DNA of 64,000 nt from NCBI GenBank assembly GCA_013239625.1, contig MU054323.1, forward strand, positions 7,801,220 through 7,865,219, read 5' to 3'. The position numbers and the translations under genes were made by a program. The notes below the pieces were generated by a model that was not told where the DNA came from, made no database searches, and was given only the letters and a program-made list of their open reading frames with translations. Source of the DNA: Lama guanicoe (Eukaryota). Below are positions 22,851 through 36,242 of this stretch, one piece after another; positions within the stretch are counted from its first letter, which is position 1; the number at the start of each line of letters is the position of its first letter.

Positions 22851-24530
22851 TTTTTTTTTTATTCACATTTTTATTAGGGCAATTGTAGATTCACATGCAG
22901 TTGTAAAAAATAATACAGAGAGATCCCTTGTACACTTTGCCCAGTTTCTCCCAGTGGTAACATTTTGTGAAACTGTAGTACAATATCGCAACCAGAATAT
23001 TGTCATCTGGCATGGCACACCAGTCTTACTCAGATTTCTCTTGTTTTACTTGTACTCATTCGTATGTGAGTATTTATTAAATTCTCTGCAATTTTGTCAC
23101 TTGTGTAGATTTCACATAGCCACCACCACAGTCAAGATACTGAACAGTTCCAAGGGACAGGGCTTCCTTTTGTTCTTTTTAAACTATATCCTTCTCTTCC
23201 CTCTGCCCCTACTTCTCTCCAAAAATTTGTCCTCCACTTATAAAATTTTGTTATTCACAAATGTAATATAAATGGAATCATAAGGAATGTAACCTTTGAG
23301 ATTTGCTTTCATTCAGTCAGCACAATTCCTTGGAGATTCATCCAAGTTGTGTGCATCAGTAGTTATTTTTTATTGTTGAATAGTATTCCATGATATTTAT
23401 TTCCCACAGTTTTTTGTGTGTGTATGTGTATGTGATATCACTTATATGTGGAATCTAAAAAAATGATACAAATGCACTTATTTGCAAAACAGACTCAGAC
23501 AGAAAACAAACTTATGGTTACCAAAGGGGAAAGTGGTGGATAAATTAGGAGTTTGGGATTAGCAGATACAAGCTACTATATGTAAAATAGATAAACAACA
23601 AGGTCCTACTGTATAGCACAGGGAACTATATTCAATATCTTGTAAAACTACAGTTTGTTTAGCCATTCACCCATGGAGGAACATCTGGGCTGATTCCAGT
23701 TTTGGTCTGTTATAAATAAAGTTGCTGTGAATTTTTGTTTGTAAGTTTTTGTATGATCATAAATTTTCATTTCTCTGGGATAAATGCCTATTAGGTGCAG
23801 TTACTCAGTCATATGGTAATTGCATGTTTAGCTTTTAAGAAACTACCGGACTGTTTCCAGAGTGGCTGTACTATTTTGCATTTCCATCAGTAGTGTGTGA
23901 GTGATCCAGTTTCTCTGCATCCTCACCAGCATTTGGTGGTGTTACTGTTTTGTGTTTTAGGTATTCTGGTAAATATGTAATGATAATCTCATTGTGGTCT
24001 TAATTTGCATTTCCCTGGTGGGCAGAGGTGTTGAAAAAACTTTTTACGTTCCTGTTTGCCATCTGTTTAGTCTCCAGTGAAATAGCTATTTATGTCAGTT
24101 GCCCATTTTCTAATTGGATTGTTTCTTTTCTTTCTTTCTTTTTTTTTTTTAACTATTGAGTTTTGAGAGTTTATACATTTTAGATACTAGTCCCTTGTTG
24201 AATATGTGGTTTGCAAGTATTTTCTTCTGGTCTGTAGCTTTTTTCCCCCTTCTTCATACGGGCTTTCGCAGAGCAAAAATTTTAAATTTAGGTTAAGTTG
24301 AATTTATTAATTTTTCCTTGTATAGATCATACTTTTGGTGTCTTAAGAACTCTATCTAGTTCTAGATCCCAAAGATTTTCTTTCCTTTTTTTTTTTTTTT
24401 CTGGCTAATAGTTTTATGTTTTACGTGTGAACCTGATACATTTTGAGTCAGTTTTTGTACATGGCATGAGGTTTAGGTTGAGATTCTTTTTTTGTCCATG
24501 GATGAATATCTGGTTGCTCCAGTACCATTA
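22851..24530 (-). mobile_element. L1MC-like LINE 3' region with nested L1 3'UTR piece (~23430-23646, + strand)
   Basis: Poly(T) at 22851, then gattcacatgcagttgtaaaaaataatacagagagatccc. Degenerate TSD ttatacagacttt / ttgtgcaggcttt. Confidence 0.85.
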
Positions 24531-24699
24531 GTGATTGTGCAGGCTTTTTTATTTCTTTCTTCTTTAAAGTTTCATGTAGTCATTCAGTTGATGCAGATAT
24601 TCTGAAGGCTTCACAGATGCTCTGTGACCCTGTAGGATTTGAAAGTTGACTTAGTGATTGACTGTTTTTAAATTATTCTGTGCTGAAAGGTTTTTAAAA

Positions 24700-26640
24700 T
24701 TAATTTTTATCAGTGACATATACACATATTTGAAGTTAAATAAACTACTGAAAGATTTATAGTAACAAAAAAAGCAATTTCCTGTCCCATCCCCTCTCCA
24801 TCTCTAATCTTGTTCTTTAGAAGCTTCTTCTAGCACTTCTGTTATATACCTCTGTATTTTAAAATGATATACTATACAGCCATCTCTTACGTCATTAACT
24901 TAATGTTAGATAAAAATTTAACCTTTTATAATCTCTTCCCAGTCTTTATCCCAATTTTTTTTGTTAAATTGATATTTAGTGGTTACATTAATAATGCCCA
25001 TGTGTCTATTATGACTGTTTCCTTTTCTCTGAAGTTGAAAGTTCTCTTTATTTGATTAATTTCCTTTATTCATTATCAAGTCTTCCTACATCTTCCAGCA
25101 ACCTCTCAAAATGAATTTCTGCACAGTCAAAACATCAGGGAATATACCTCCCCACCAGGTCTTTTTCCTTCCTGCTTCAGTTCTCTTAGTCTCTTTCTTG
25201 TGTGTGATACTGTCTTTGGTTTACTGCCTTGGATTGTATATTTTCCTCTAGTAGCTTCTTGCTAAAAAAGGGTGCATGGCAAGGGAAATTTTTTGAGATT
25301 TTCCATGTTTGTCAGTGTCTAAATTCTTACCTTTCACTCAACTGAAAGTTTGACAGCCTAGGATTCTAGTTTGAAAACAATTTTCCCTTATGATTTTGAA
25401 ACCATTACTCTTGTCTTCTATCCTCTGATGTTGCTGGCAAGTCCCATGACATTCTGATTACCCATTGTTTATTACCTGGTTTGTCTCGAATTTTTTAGAT
25501 TTTTAAATTTTTGAATTCATGGTAACAGATTATGTACCTCAGTGGGTAGGTATTTCTTTTCTCTTTTCTCTTCCTTTCTCTCTCTCTCTTTCTTTCTTTC
25601 TTTCCTTCCTTCCTTCTTTCCTAGTAGTAAATCCCATCATTCTCTATACTTGGTGGGCCTTTCCTTTACAGGTCCATGACTTCTGGCTTTCTTACATTTT
25701 TTCCCCTTCCATGATTTTTATCCCTTTATTTTCTGTGTTTAATTGGTTGTTGGACTTCCTGGATTGATTGTATAATTTCCTATTTTCCAGCTTTGTTAAT
25801 TTGTTTACTTTCTGGGAGATTTCTTCTACTTTATCTTCTAACTTTTCTATTGAAGATTTTATTTCAGCTGTAATGTGTTTAAATTTCTAATGCTTTTTCT
25901 TGTTTATTCCTCAAAATTTGTTTTTTAAGCATTCTGTTCTTTTATGAATATAGTATCTTTTCTTAGAAGATGGTTTATTTGACATTATCTTCCATTTCAT
26001 GACTGTTTTTTTCCTTTTAAGTTTTCCATGCCCGCTCCCCGCTTCCTAGCCCCGTGTTTCTTTTATTCTACATTTTATTTTAGAGGTCTTCCTCAAATGA
26101 TTGGTGATTTTAGGGTATACATTCATAATTAAGAATGAGTGGTTGAAAAGATGTTTACAAGCACTGTAAGCATGGGTGAGGTTTTTTAATCTACCTGTTT
26201 TTAGTTTCATCTCCACACTCTATTGAGCATCTTGTTCCTGAATTCAGAGTGTGTCTGTTTCAGATTTTCTAGAGAAAACCTTTAGACTTCTGCTAGGTCT
26301 TGAGGAGTGGTACTACCTGGCTATATGAGATGGAGGCTAGGCGTTGGGGTATCCTTATATAAACCTTTAATCATGCCCTCACTTTCCACCTGGTACCTGA
26401 TACTTTCTATTGCTAAATTTTTCTAGGTTTCTGTAATGTGAATTGGCTTGCTCCTCTTTGGTATCTTCTTCAGTGGATTCTGAGGTCGTAAACTTCATCT
26501 TCATCTGTTGTGGTTAGTTACAGTGTCTATTCATTGAAATGAAGGTAGACTTTATGTTTCTTGTTTTCCTTAATGTTTCAGTGTGACTTTGGAGAGAAGG
26601 GGTCAAAAAGATCTTTCTCCACTATTTTAACTGGAATTTG
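24700..26640 (-). mobile_element. Old HAL1/L1M 5'-ORF1 remnant
   Basis: Long T-rich antisense ORF1-like sequence ending in ctccactattttaactggaat, resembling a degenerate L1M/HAL1 5' end. Confidence 0.6.
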
Positions 26641-27084
26641 AAGTAATTTTTTACTCCAAATGATTTTTGATTCCATGTTTTAACTCATAACATCCAGTAG
26701 AATTAGGGGTGAATGATACTTCGCTACTGTTTTTGTGCATATCCAGTCCGTCCTCAGAATAGTGGTGTTTTTGTTATTTAGGATAGTCAAATGAATATAG
26801 TAGGGAATCAGTAGTTCCACTACTGTAAAACAGTGCCACTTAAAGGAAAGAGCTTTAATTTAGATGTTTAATTCTTGGCTGATTTACTTGAGGGGGAAAT
26901 ATTTTGTGATTTTTTGAACAAAGTGTGACTGCAGTCTTAAATTTCAATCTTTTTCTCTTTATGTATACTGTCTTACAGAATACTGAACAACAAAATAAAT
27001 GGTTTAGCAAATTAATAATCTGTCAGGATTTCAGTATGTCCCATATATTATAGCACTTGGCATTGAATGATAAGGTATTTATCA

Positions 27085-27995
27085 TTGCCTGTGACTTATT
27101 TTACTTAGCATAATGCCCTCCAAGTCTGTCCATGTTGCATCAGGTGGCAAAATTTAATCCTTATTTATGGCTGAGTAGTATTCCATTCCGGTAGTACTCC
27201 ACATCTTCTTTAACTATTCGTTTATTCATGGACACTTAAGTTGCTTCCATATCTTGGCAATTGTAAATAATGTTGCTATGAACATTAGAGTGTACTGTAT
27301 CTTTTTGAATTAGTGTTTGTTTTTTTCAGATATATATACCCAGGAGTGGAATTGCTGGGTCATGTGGTAGTTCTATTTTAGTTTTTTTGAGAAACTCCAT
27401 ACTGTTTTCTGCAGTGGCTGCACCAATTTACATTCCCACCAGCAGTGTATGAAGGTTCCCCTTTCTCCACATCATTGCCAGCATTTGTTATTTGTGTTCT
27501 TTTGATGATAGCCATTCTGCAGGTGTAAGGTGATATCTCATTGTGGTTTTGATTTGCATTTCCCTGATGATTAGTGATGTTGAGCATCTTTTCATGTGCC
27601 TGTTGGCCATCTGCATTTCCTCTTTGGAAAAATGTTTATTTAGTTCTTCTGCCCATTTTTAAATTGAGTTGTTTGTTTTTCTTGATGTTGAGTTGTTTGA
27701 GCTGTTCATGTTGAATATTAACCTCTTATCAGCCATATCATTTGCAAATATTTCTCTTACTCTGTAGGTTGTCTTTTTGTTTTGTTGATAACTTCCTTTG
27801 TTTTAGGAGATGGATCCAAAAAAATATTGCTACAATTTTTGTCAAAGTGTTCTGCTTGTGTTTTCCTTTAGAAGTTTTATAATTTCCGGTCTTACGTGTA
27901 GGTCTTTAATTCATTTTAAGTCTGTTTTTGTATATAGTTTTAGAGAGTGTTCTGATTTCATTCTTTTACATGTAGCTGTCTAGTTTCCCCAGCAT
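27085..27995 (-). mobile_element. L1 ORF2 3' fragment (younger subfamily)
   Basis: Strong L1 match (tacattcccaccagcagtgt, gatttgcatttccctgatgattagtgatgttgagcatc). ORF 27378-27587 derives from it. Confidence 0.9.
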
Positions 27996-29492
27996 GTTCC
28001 ACTCTTGATTTTTGTTGATTTGAAACTTCCTCAGTAAATATTTGTCCTTACGAAGTGTGAGTATTGAGTTATTCTGCCTCTTTATATATTTTCAGTTGTA
28101 CTAAATTGCCTTTGCCTCCCTTAAATTAGACATTAATGAATGTGTGAACTTTTAAAAATCTAGTAATCTCTTTTTGCATATTTTTGTGTGTGGAGGTGTA
28201 TACTCAGCATAATAAATGGACATGAGTGCTATGGAAGGTAAGTATAAAATCAAAATAATTGTTCAAACATTAGCTCTTTGCTTAAGTGAATAAGAGTTAT
28301 AAAAACTTTTCTCTTTTGAAAAATTTCAGACCTACAGGAAAGATACGTCTTATAGTGAATCCCCTTATATTCTTCCTTTAGGTTCACCAGTTGCCAATAT
28401 TTTGATAACATTTGCTTTTGTGTCTCTTAAGAGAGTTTGTATATGATGTGGTGTCTCATTCAAAATAGATTAAAGATCTGTATTTCAAGGGCAACATAGT
28501 CATTTTTCAAAAATAAATTAAGAAATTAAGCTGTAAGCCTTAGTTTTTGCTGTTTATTTAAGAAAAAAATTGAGGCTTTACAATGTGTCAGGCACCCTCT
28601 TATGAGCACCAGGGATGCAGTAGTGAGTAGTCCAGACTTGGTGCCTGTCCTGTGGAATTTCAGCTCTGGTGGGGAATTTTGAAAAGTGTACCAAAGTACT
28701 ACTGCTGTCTCAGCACTTGAAGTTAGAATCTGATTCTCAGTATCTTCGTTGCTCTTCTAAGACATTTCACATTTGTAGGAAATACAAGCTTTATGCCCTT
28801 TAAGACATCTTATTTTTCTGTTGTGTTTTCTTTTCTTAGAGAGCTATAACTCAAGAAAGACAGAATTTTTTTTTTAAGATGTAGAGTTTTAAACAGCCAG
28901 CTAGTGAATAACACTACACGTGTCTAGAGGCTAGTCTTACATTGATCTCTGAATACAGTCCAGACCAAAACAAACAGTATGTTTACAAATCCCCTAAGTT
29001 AAAGCCACACACAGTACTTGGTGTTTTCTTAGTGCCTTATTGACTTTGATTTTTAACCATAATTACTAAGTCCAGAGAAGCAGAACTTTTGCTGTTATGC
29101 AGGTGACACGTCCAGCGGTGGAAATGAGACCAGATACACACTTAGGAGATGTGAAAGCTAAAATGAAGATTAAAAGTTGTATTACTATACTGTACAATTA
29201 CAGATTTGTGAATTGATGATTGTAGCCAATAGGAAGAATTTCTTTTGTCTTCAGTAGTCTCTGTCAAGGTAGAAAGTTTGATATATTTTGGAGACATAAA
29301 AATGAGTTTTGGTCCCTTATGTATAATCACAGTTTAACTTTTATGGAATAATTTTTCACAAGATTCTGAATAAATGATTTATTATAATATAATAAAAATT
29401 ATTTCTGATACTCAGAAAAGAAAAAAATTAGGATGCATTGATGGAAAAGTGAAGTCTGAGGGTGAATATAATCCAAACAAAATTACGAGTCT

Positions 29493-29650
29493 GGGAGGAG
29501 GGTATAGCTCCAGTGGTAGAGCACATGCTTAGTATGCAGAAGGTCCTGGGTTCAATATCCAGTGCCTCCTCCAAAAATAAATAAACCTAATTACCTCCCC
29601 CCTCCACCAAAATAAAATAATTAAACAATACAATCATAAATACATTTTAA
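29493..29650 (+). mobile_element. tRNA-derived SINE (Vic-1-like)
   Basis: gggtatagctccagtggtagagcacatgcttagtatgcagaaggtcctgggttcaat followed by an A-rich tail. Confidence 0.9.
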
Positions 29651-31264
29651 AAATTTATAAACCTGGATCAGGTAAATTTAAAATTTGTTTACCATTTCTC
29701 AAGTACTAGGATTGCTGCATGGTTATCCTTTAAAATGTGAGTGAACCAGTTTGGGGAATAAATACAAGGATTTTTTTTTCCATATTGAATGAAACATTTA
29801 AAGAAGTAACTTCTCTATTTTAAATGGATTCAAAAAGGGTCTGCAGAGATATGTGAGTGTCAGAACCATAAATAGCATCTTAGTGAAACTGGCTTATATC
29901 TAACCTTTAAGATGGACTTTCAGGAAGTCAACCATGCTCTCAATTTGATATGCCTCCCTTGATAATAGTGGGCTTTTTGTATCATAAATCAGAGTCTAGC
30001 AGTTTGTATTTCTCTGTATAATAAAATATTCTAATAAAAATTTAATAGTAATATCTTACATAGCACAGGTAACTATAAGCAACATGTGAACTGTTTCCTT
30101 TGTGGGGTATTTGTAACTAATGGTTCATGTGTGCTTAAGGAAATAGAAATAATTTCAGTGTTAACTTGATAAACTACAGTGTAACTGATATTTTACACTA
30201 TAATATCATGACTTCCCCTCTTTAATTTTTCTTCAGTTTCTCTTCTGAAAAAAATTTCTTATTAAGATGTTTTTATGTGTAGGTGTCACAGATTACATGA
30301 TTTTTTTTTTAATCACAAGTCATTTTAAACTTTTCTTCCTTAGCTCCCAACACATTTTCTTGAGCTGATTTTTACTTTTTGCTAGGTTATGCTCTTTAGC
30401 AAGCAGTATTGACAGCATTAGTGATGAGGCAGTATACATACATCAGTGTTCTTACTCTTTGCCCTAGTCTGTGGTCTTCTTATTGAATGGTGATTTCCAA
30501 CTCCAGCAGTGATTTAGTTTAAGCACAGTTTGCCCTTTCAAAACTTTCCTTGGTCTCAGGTAGCATCCCCATCCTTGACATTCTGTCTCCTTTGGGATAC
30601 TTTAGCTCCATAAAAATGTTCCTGCTGAATGGACTGTTCTTCAAACATTTTGCCTTTTTTTTCCTGACCTTCTGTTGGATTTCAGCAAATTTGCTAAGTT
30701 TAACGTTGCTCAGTTGAGTGAGAATTTTTTTAGGGAACTGTATTTTCAAATACAGTCTGTTTTAAAATTTGCTATTAGGTGAATTTGTTGGTTGATGGAA
30801 ATGAGTGGCTGAAAAGAAAAAAGTGGAGATTTTAAACATTGATTTTAAGGAAAGCATTATAGCTAACTTAATTTCCAGAGCAAATAATTAAAAATTTTTG
30901 TTAATTTGTTCTTGACTCTTTTACTGTAAAACACATAAACTGTAAAGCAGTGGTGTCAGTGTGCCTGCTTGGTTATTGCATGATACATCCAATGATACAT
31001 GCAGTGCAACTGTGCATATGTTGTTTTGTAGATTTTGAAATGCACTGTGGAGTAGTATTGCAGCTTGGCTCATCCTCCTTGCTATTTGTCAGTTAAATTT
31101 TCTCACAAAACTGCCACGAGTCTGCTTCAATGGATGGTTTGCTTTTAAGACAGTATTTGACTTTCCTTGGCCATTGGGAAATTTGAACAATCTGTGGTGG
31201 ATTGATTTTCTTAAAAGTTGACAAAGAATGATCCATTTTTTGAAATGTGCAGTGACTGTGAAGA

Positions 31265-31450
31265 CAGTGGTTCAAAGTGTGGATCTCTTAACAGCAGCAC
31301 TAGCATCACTGGATATCTCGCTGGAAATGCAGCTTCTCATGTTCTACTTCTCATCTGTTGAATCAAAAACTCTTTGAGTAGGACTCAGCCATCTGTATTT
31401 TGATAGAGCCCTCTAGATGATTTCCATACAAGCTAAAGATTTTACTATTA
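31265..31450. mobile_element. MER5A-like hAT MITE
   Basis: cagtggttcaaagtgtgg...cagcagcactagcatcactgg...gaaatgcag...gaatcaaaaactct. Confidence 0.8.
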
Positions 31451-31639
31451 AATACATCACAGAAATAATTGTATATTTTTCTCTTTTTCCTTCCCCACAA
31501 TGTATCTTGGAGATTGTTCCTTATGAGTGTTAAATAATTTCATTTTTTTGAACTGCTACCTAGTTTTCATCAGATGTATCATGATTTAGTCCACCAGTCC
31601 CCTGTTTATCAGCATTTTGGGTCTAGAGCATAAAGTGTT

Positions 31640-32920
31640 TAGAAATTATGTGGTGCCAAGTGTGAAGGGCCTTGTATGATCTGGCAGTCAGGTTGTCTAT
31701 AGATGGGGTAGTGAGTAGCAGGATTAGATCCATGTCACATATTCCTAATGCTCCTACCACTGGCTAGGTGAATTGATACCACTAACTTAGGTAATATGTG
31801 AGTTAGGTCTTAGAGGCATGGTAGTAAGTTTTTGAGTTGAGACATGTGTCTGTAGGGATTTCTAGGTGAATATGTTCAGTAGACATTTGTATATCATGTC
31901 TGGGAGGTAAGGAGTAGAATCTAGTCTGGAGAATTAAAGTAGTTGAAGTCATAGTGGCTTCAGTGAATATGAAATGAGAAGAGAAGACTTTTTTGAAAAC
32001 TGTAAGAAATACCATTGTTTAAGTGTAGACAGGATAGGAATCCAGCAAGGAAGTTAAGGAGTAATGGCCATTGTGGTAAGGGGAGGATGATGTAGTGAAA
32101 AAAATTTGATTAATTAATATGTGTTATGTCTGACTTCAGGCGGGTTTTAAAATCTCTCTGAGCCTCTCTTTAGACAGAGGCTAATAATGTCTACCTTGCA
32201 AAATTGATTGATTTAAATGGAATAATGGGACAACCTGTACAGGACCTGGACTATTGTAGAAATTCACTCAAATATTTGCTAAGACCAAAGACTTTGGAAT
32301 TATCTTTGATGCCTCTCATCCCACATCAGCAGATTCTTTTGGCTCTGCCTTCTGAATCTCCCCAGTTCCTACTATCTCTACTGCTACCATCCTGGTCCAT
32401 GACATCTTGTTACCTGGATTATTATACAAACTTCTTAATTGATCTCCCTGCTCCCTTTCTTTTCCTCTTCTTTTTCCCCCCTTTCTTTTCCTCTTCTTGA
32501 CAGGACATCTCCAGTAGCTCATTTAACAATTGATATCACGTCACTCTTCTGTTCAGAACCTTTCAGTGGTTATCCATCTCACTCAGAGAATTTAGGGCAC
32601 AATGTCATTTCATCTCCTGTTACCTCTCTGCTCTCATCTTCTATTCCTAACTCATTGCTTTGTCCAGTCTCCAGTATTTCAGCTGCCTTGCTGTTCTTTG
32701 AACTTGCCAAGCGTACTCCTTCCTCTGGACCTTTGTGCTTGTTATGTCTTCAGCTACTTTCTGTAGGTGTTCGCATGGGTTATTCCCTCACTTCTTCCAA
32801 GTGTCTGCTCAAATACTTTATCAGTGAAGTCTTCCCTGTCCACTTTATCTGCTTACCTGACCTCTCTATATTATTTCATACCGTTTTTATATACTGTATA
32901 TTGAAACACCTTTGTATATA
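31640..32920. mobile_element. L2 fragments (minus ~31640-32100, plus ~32280-32920) with a MIR piece between
   Basis: L2-typical motifs (ctggattattatacaaacttcttaattgatctccctgct; tttgagttgagacatg). The long ORF 32439-32996 lies in this repeat. Confidence 0.7.
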
Positions 32921-32941
32921 TCTAGTACGGTTCTTGTATTT

Positions 32942-33160
32942 TAAGTCAGAAAGAAGAATATCATATAATATCACTTATGTGGAATTTAAAATATAATACA
33001 AATGAACTTATTTACAAAGCAGAAACAGACTCACAGACATAGAAAACAAATATACAGTTAACAAAGGGGGAAGAGGGTGGAGGAGGGATAAATTAGGAGT
33101 TTGGGATTAGCAGATACAAACTTCTATATATAAAATAAGCAACAAGATCAAAAAAATAAA
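32942..33160 (+). mobile_element. L1 3'UTR fragment (artiodactyl type)
   Basis: acaaatgaacttatttacaaagcagaaacagactcacagacatagaaaacaaa...gggataaattaggagtttgggattagcagatacaaac. Confidence 0.85.
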
Positions 33161-33193
33161 GTAGGACTTTTTTTCTGTTCAAAAAGTGTGCTA

Positions 33194-33272
33194 CAGTTGG
33201 CCCACTATATCCGCAGATATAGAAGGCCTTCAGTAAGGGGCTTGAGCATCCACTGATACCGAGGGATGACTG
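33194..33272. mobile_element. Short TcMar-Tigger (MER2/MER8-like) derivative
   Basis: Preceded by TA. Imperfect terminal inverted repeats cagttggcccactatatc / gataccgagggatgactg. Confidence 0.6.
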
Positions 33273-36108
33273 TGTCTGTACTTTGATGTCTGTGAAAAAG
33301 AACACGAAGAGATATATACCAAACTATTAACATGGGAGTTAATGGAGGCAGAGAGACAGATTTGCAAAATGCTGGGTAGAATCCAGGAGAGAGATGATGT
33401 TCTGAGTTGGGAAGGTGAGAGAAATAAGATATTAAAGATTTGATGTCATTAGATGTTGCAGACAAGATTGATGAGAGAGCAAGGGACCCATTAGAGTTCT
33501 AAATTTAGGCAACTAGTAACTAATGATATCTTTATGTGAAATAGTTAATGGTATGATGGGGATGGGGATTTTCCCCCCTTTATTTGTGAATTCATTTATG
33601 TGAGGTCTCTACTAATCTTTATAAACTCTATTAGAAAGGTTGAAGGGATAAGCTCTTCAGTCAGTTAATAAACATATATTCAGTACTCACTCACTGTGGG
33701 CACTGTGGATGGTCTTGGAGAGACAGTGAAGAAAAATGAATATGCCTAATGCCTCGAGTGATCATGCAATTTTTTGTACACACTGAAACAGTCTTGAGAG
33801 TGAAAGGGGGTGCTAAAAATAGTTACATGATTTGTTGAAATACTTAAGACTATTATTAATCTATTCTAAAACTTTTTAAAAATAAGAATTTTTAATTCTT
33901 AAAAATGAATATTTATTAAAGTAAAACTTTTTTTTAACATCAGTTATTTATTAAAAACATGACCCAGGCAGAATATTCCTTCTGTCATATTCATGTACCT
34001 TTATTAGCTGTTTCTCTAATTCTAGGGCCCTTGTATATCTCTCAAGAATGTTTTTTCCATTATGGTTGTGTTTTTTAAATAGAATTTTTTGCAGTCCTCT
34101 AAGTTGCATTTTCAGGTTTACATATTGGAAATTGTTGACATTTTTGTTTGACACTTCCGTGTTTGCAGACTTTTATTTCAGTAACTGAAATTTGTCAAAG
34201 GCTTCAAAATCTGAAGATGTTTTTGACATTTTAGTTCATTGAATACTTTGATAGATACTTCTATCTGATTTTTAAAAATGCAACCAAAATTTAGAAGACT
34301 CATTTATTTAAAAAAAAAAAGTTCAGTACCATTTTAGGATACTTAGATTTAGTTCTTTAAAGACTCAGACATTTCCAAAATATGATTGATGACATGTAAC
34401 AGGAATTACATGCTGCCTAATTCATTCATATTTATCATCAGCTTGATCACAGATTTTAAAGTTAAGTCGGTGTATTTCTGAATTTTAGCATCTAAAGCTT
34501 ATCTTTCACCAATTGGTAGAATATTGCAGCTTTTTTGTAACAGTTATAAATAAGGTGTTCCATAGGTTTTTTGTTATTTTTTTATTTATCCATAAAGCTT
34601 TATTGGGGAGGGGCAACTATGGCAAGACCAGTAGTTGCTCAAGGTCTAATTCTCTAATGTTTTCATAGTAAGTCTAGTTGTGAACCAAAATCTCATTAGA
34701 AAAGTCTCCAGTCTTTTTACCATATGCTTTAAGGTGATTTCTGTTCTGCTTGTTGCTCACGTAAAGGCTTATTTGGTGTTTTTAGAAAGCACTTGTAGTG
34801 ACCCTGGGACTAACTTATTCATCAAACAAACAAAAACCCCAAATCAGAATAATTCTCTAGTTAGATAATTGCTGTGAATAGGAAATACATTGTGAAATCA
34901 AAATAAACAGATTTTTATTCTTAATCTATTTCAAAGAATGGAGAGGTGGCTAATGTAATTTGGTCCTGAAGAATTGATATTTATGCTGATATCTGAGGTA
35001 TTACTAGAAGTTAGGTAGGAGAAAAGAGGAGAGAAGGAAGAACATTCCAAACAGGAAATGGTCATAAAAAGGTCCATGATGAGTGAAGAAGTTTATCTAG
35101 TTCAGAGCGCTGAAAGGTCTGTGTTGCAGGTGTGAGTCAGGTAAGGCGAGCAGAAGCAGTAGATGTTGAGGAGGTAGGTGTTGGCCAGATCATCTAGAGC
35201 CTGGTAGTCCATGCTAATGATCTGAATTCCATTGAAGGTCTAAGCAGGGATGTGACATGGTTAGATTCAAATTTTAAAAGGGTGGTTGGCCCACACAATG
35301 TGCAGAATGGATTGGAGTCAGAATTTCCTAAAGACTTATCAAAAGTGTATTTATTTAAACTCTTATTTGTATATTGAGTGACTTAATCTTTAAGGATCAA
35401 GAGAGAGAGTATATGTGACAGTACCTTTTGGTGACTGTGACAGTGAGCCTTTAATGTTTTTGGAAATGGTTTTTTAGTGCCAAATAGAATATTGAGCCCA
35501 GGGACAGAATTCTAATCATGGTTAATTTGCTTTGTGAGCTTAAGCAAGTTATTTAACCTCTGAGCCTCTTTTTTTATCTGTAAATTGGACATGCCAGAGA
35601 AATGTATGTTTAACTTAATTGTGGTAATTGCTTAACTCTAGTTAACATATGGGCTGAGTCTTGCTGAGTCATTTTCTCAGACTGTGTGGGCAAGACTTAA
35701 TTAAAGCCAGCTAAACAAACTTAATGACATTTCATACCTCTTCTGTAGAAGTCAGAAGAGTTGTATGTATGTTTTATTTATTGTATTTTAATAAAAGGTC
35801 TTTGTTTTTTTTGTTTGTTTGTTTGTTTTTTGCAGAGCAGTTTATCAGTTCATGCAGATTTGTCATTGAGGAGAGAGTACAATGTACTATAGCTAAGGGA
35901 CAAGACTACTGATACACTTCCTGGTGTTTTAAATTTGAGAATTTCAGATTTGCCTCATACCTGTCTATAATCTCATATATATATATTTTTTTAATTTTGA
36001 CTGTGAATACACTCTTAGTGTCCAGTGCAGTCTCTTCTCCCTCAAAGCAGCATTGAGATGCTTTGAGATTTTTATGCACCAAAAATTGGCTTTAATAGAA
36101 GTAGTCTT

Positions 36109-36242
36109 TTGTTTTGTTTTTTTGTGGGGAAGGGGTAATTAGGTTTATTTACTTATTTATTTATTTTAATGGAGATGCTGGGGATTGAACCCAGGATCTT
36201 GTGCATGCTAAGCATGTGCTCTACTAGTGAGCTCACTCCCCC
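36109..36242 (-). mobile_element. tRNA-derived SINE (Vic-1-like)
   Basis: TSD TAATAGAAGTAGTCTT (36093-36108) / TAATAGAAGCGGTCTT (36243-36258). Confidence 0.92.

Larger units (their letters stand above)
22225..26900 (+). mobile_element. Fossil mariner transposase (MARNA-related), in three pieces: ~22225-22853, ~24540-24700, ~26645-26900
   Basis: Hand translation gives KTAYGD (~22310-22326), KIVPCIL..QK (~22575-22611), TGDGTLSFQYDPET (22672-22713), SKSEQRTVLTCFFHIN (from 22785), TPNDF* (26653-26670) and ADLLEGE (26878-26898). These follow mariner motif order. Confidence 0.75.

Noticed and set aside
32439..32996. 185-aa ORF, the longest in the window
   Set aside because: Lies in a decayed L2 and runs into an L1 piece. 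Non-ATG start and Leu/Ser/Phe-rich composition from pyrimidine-rich DNA.
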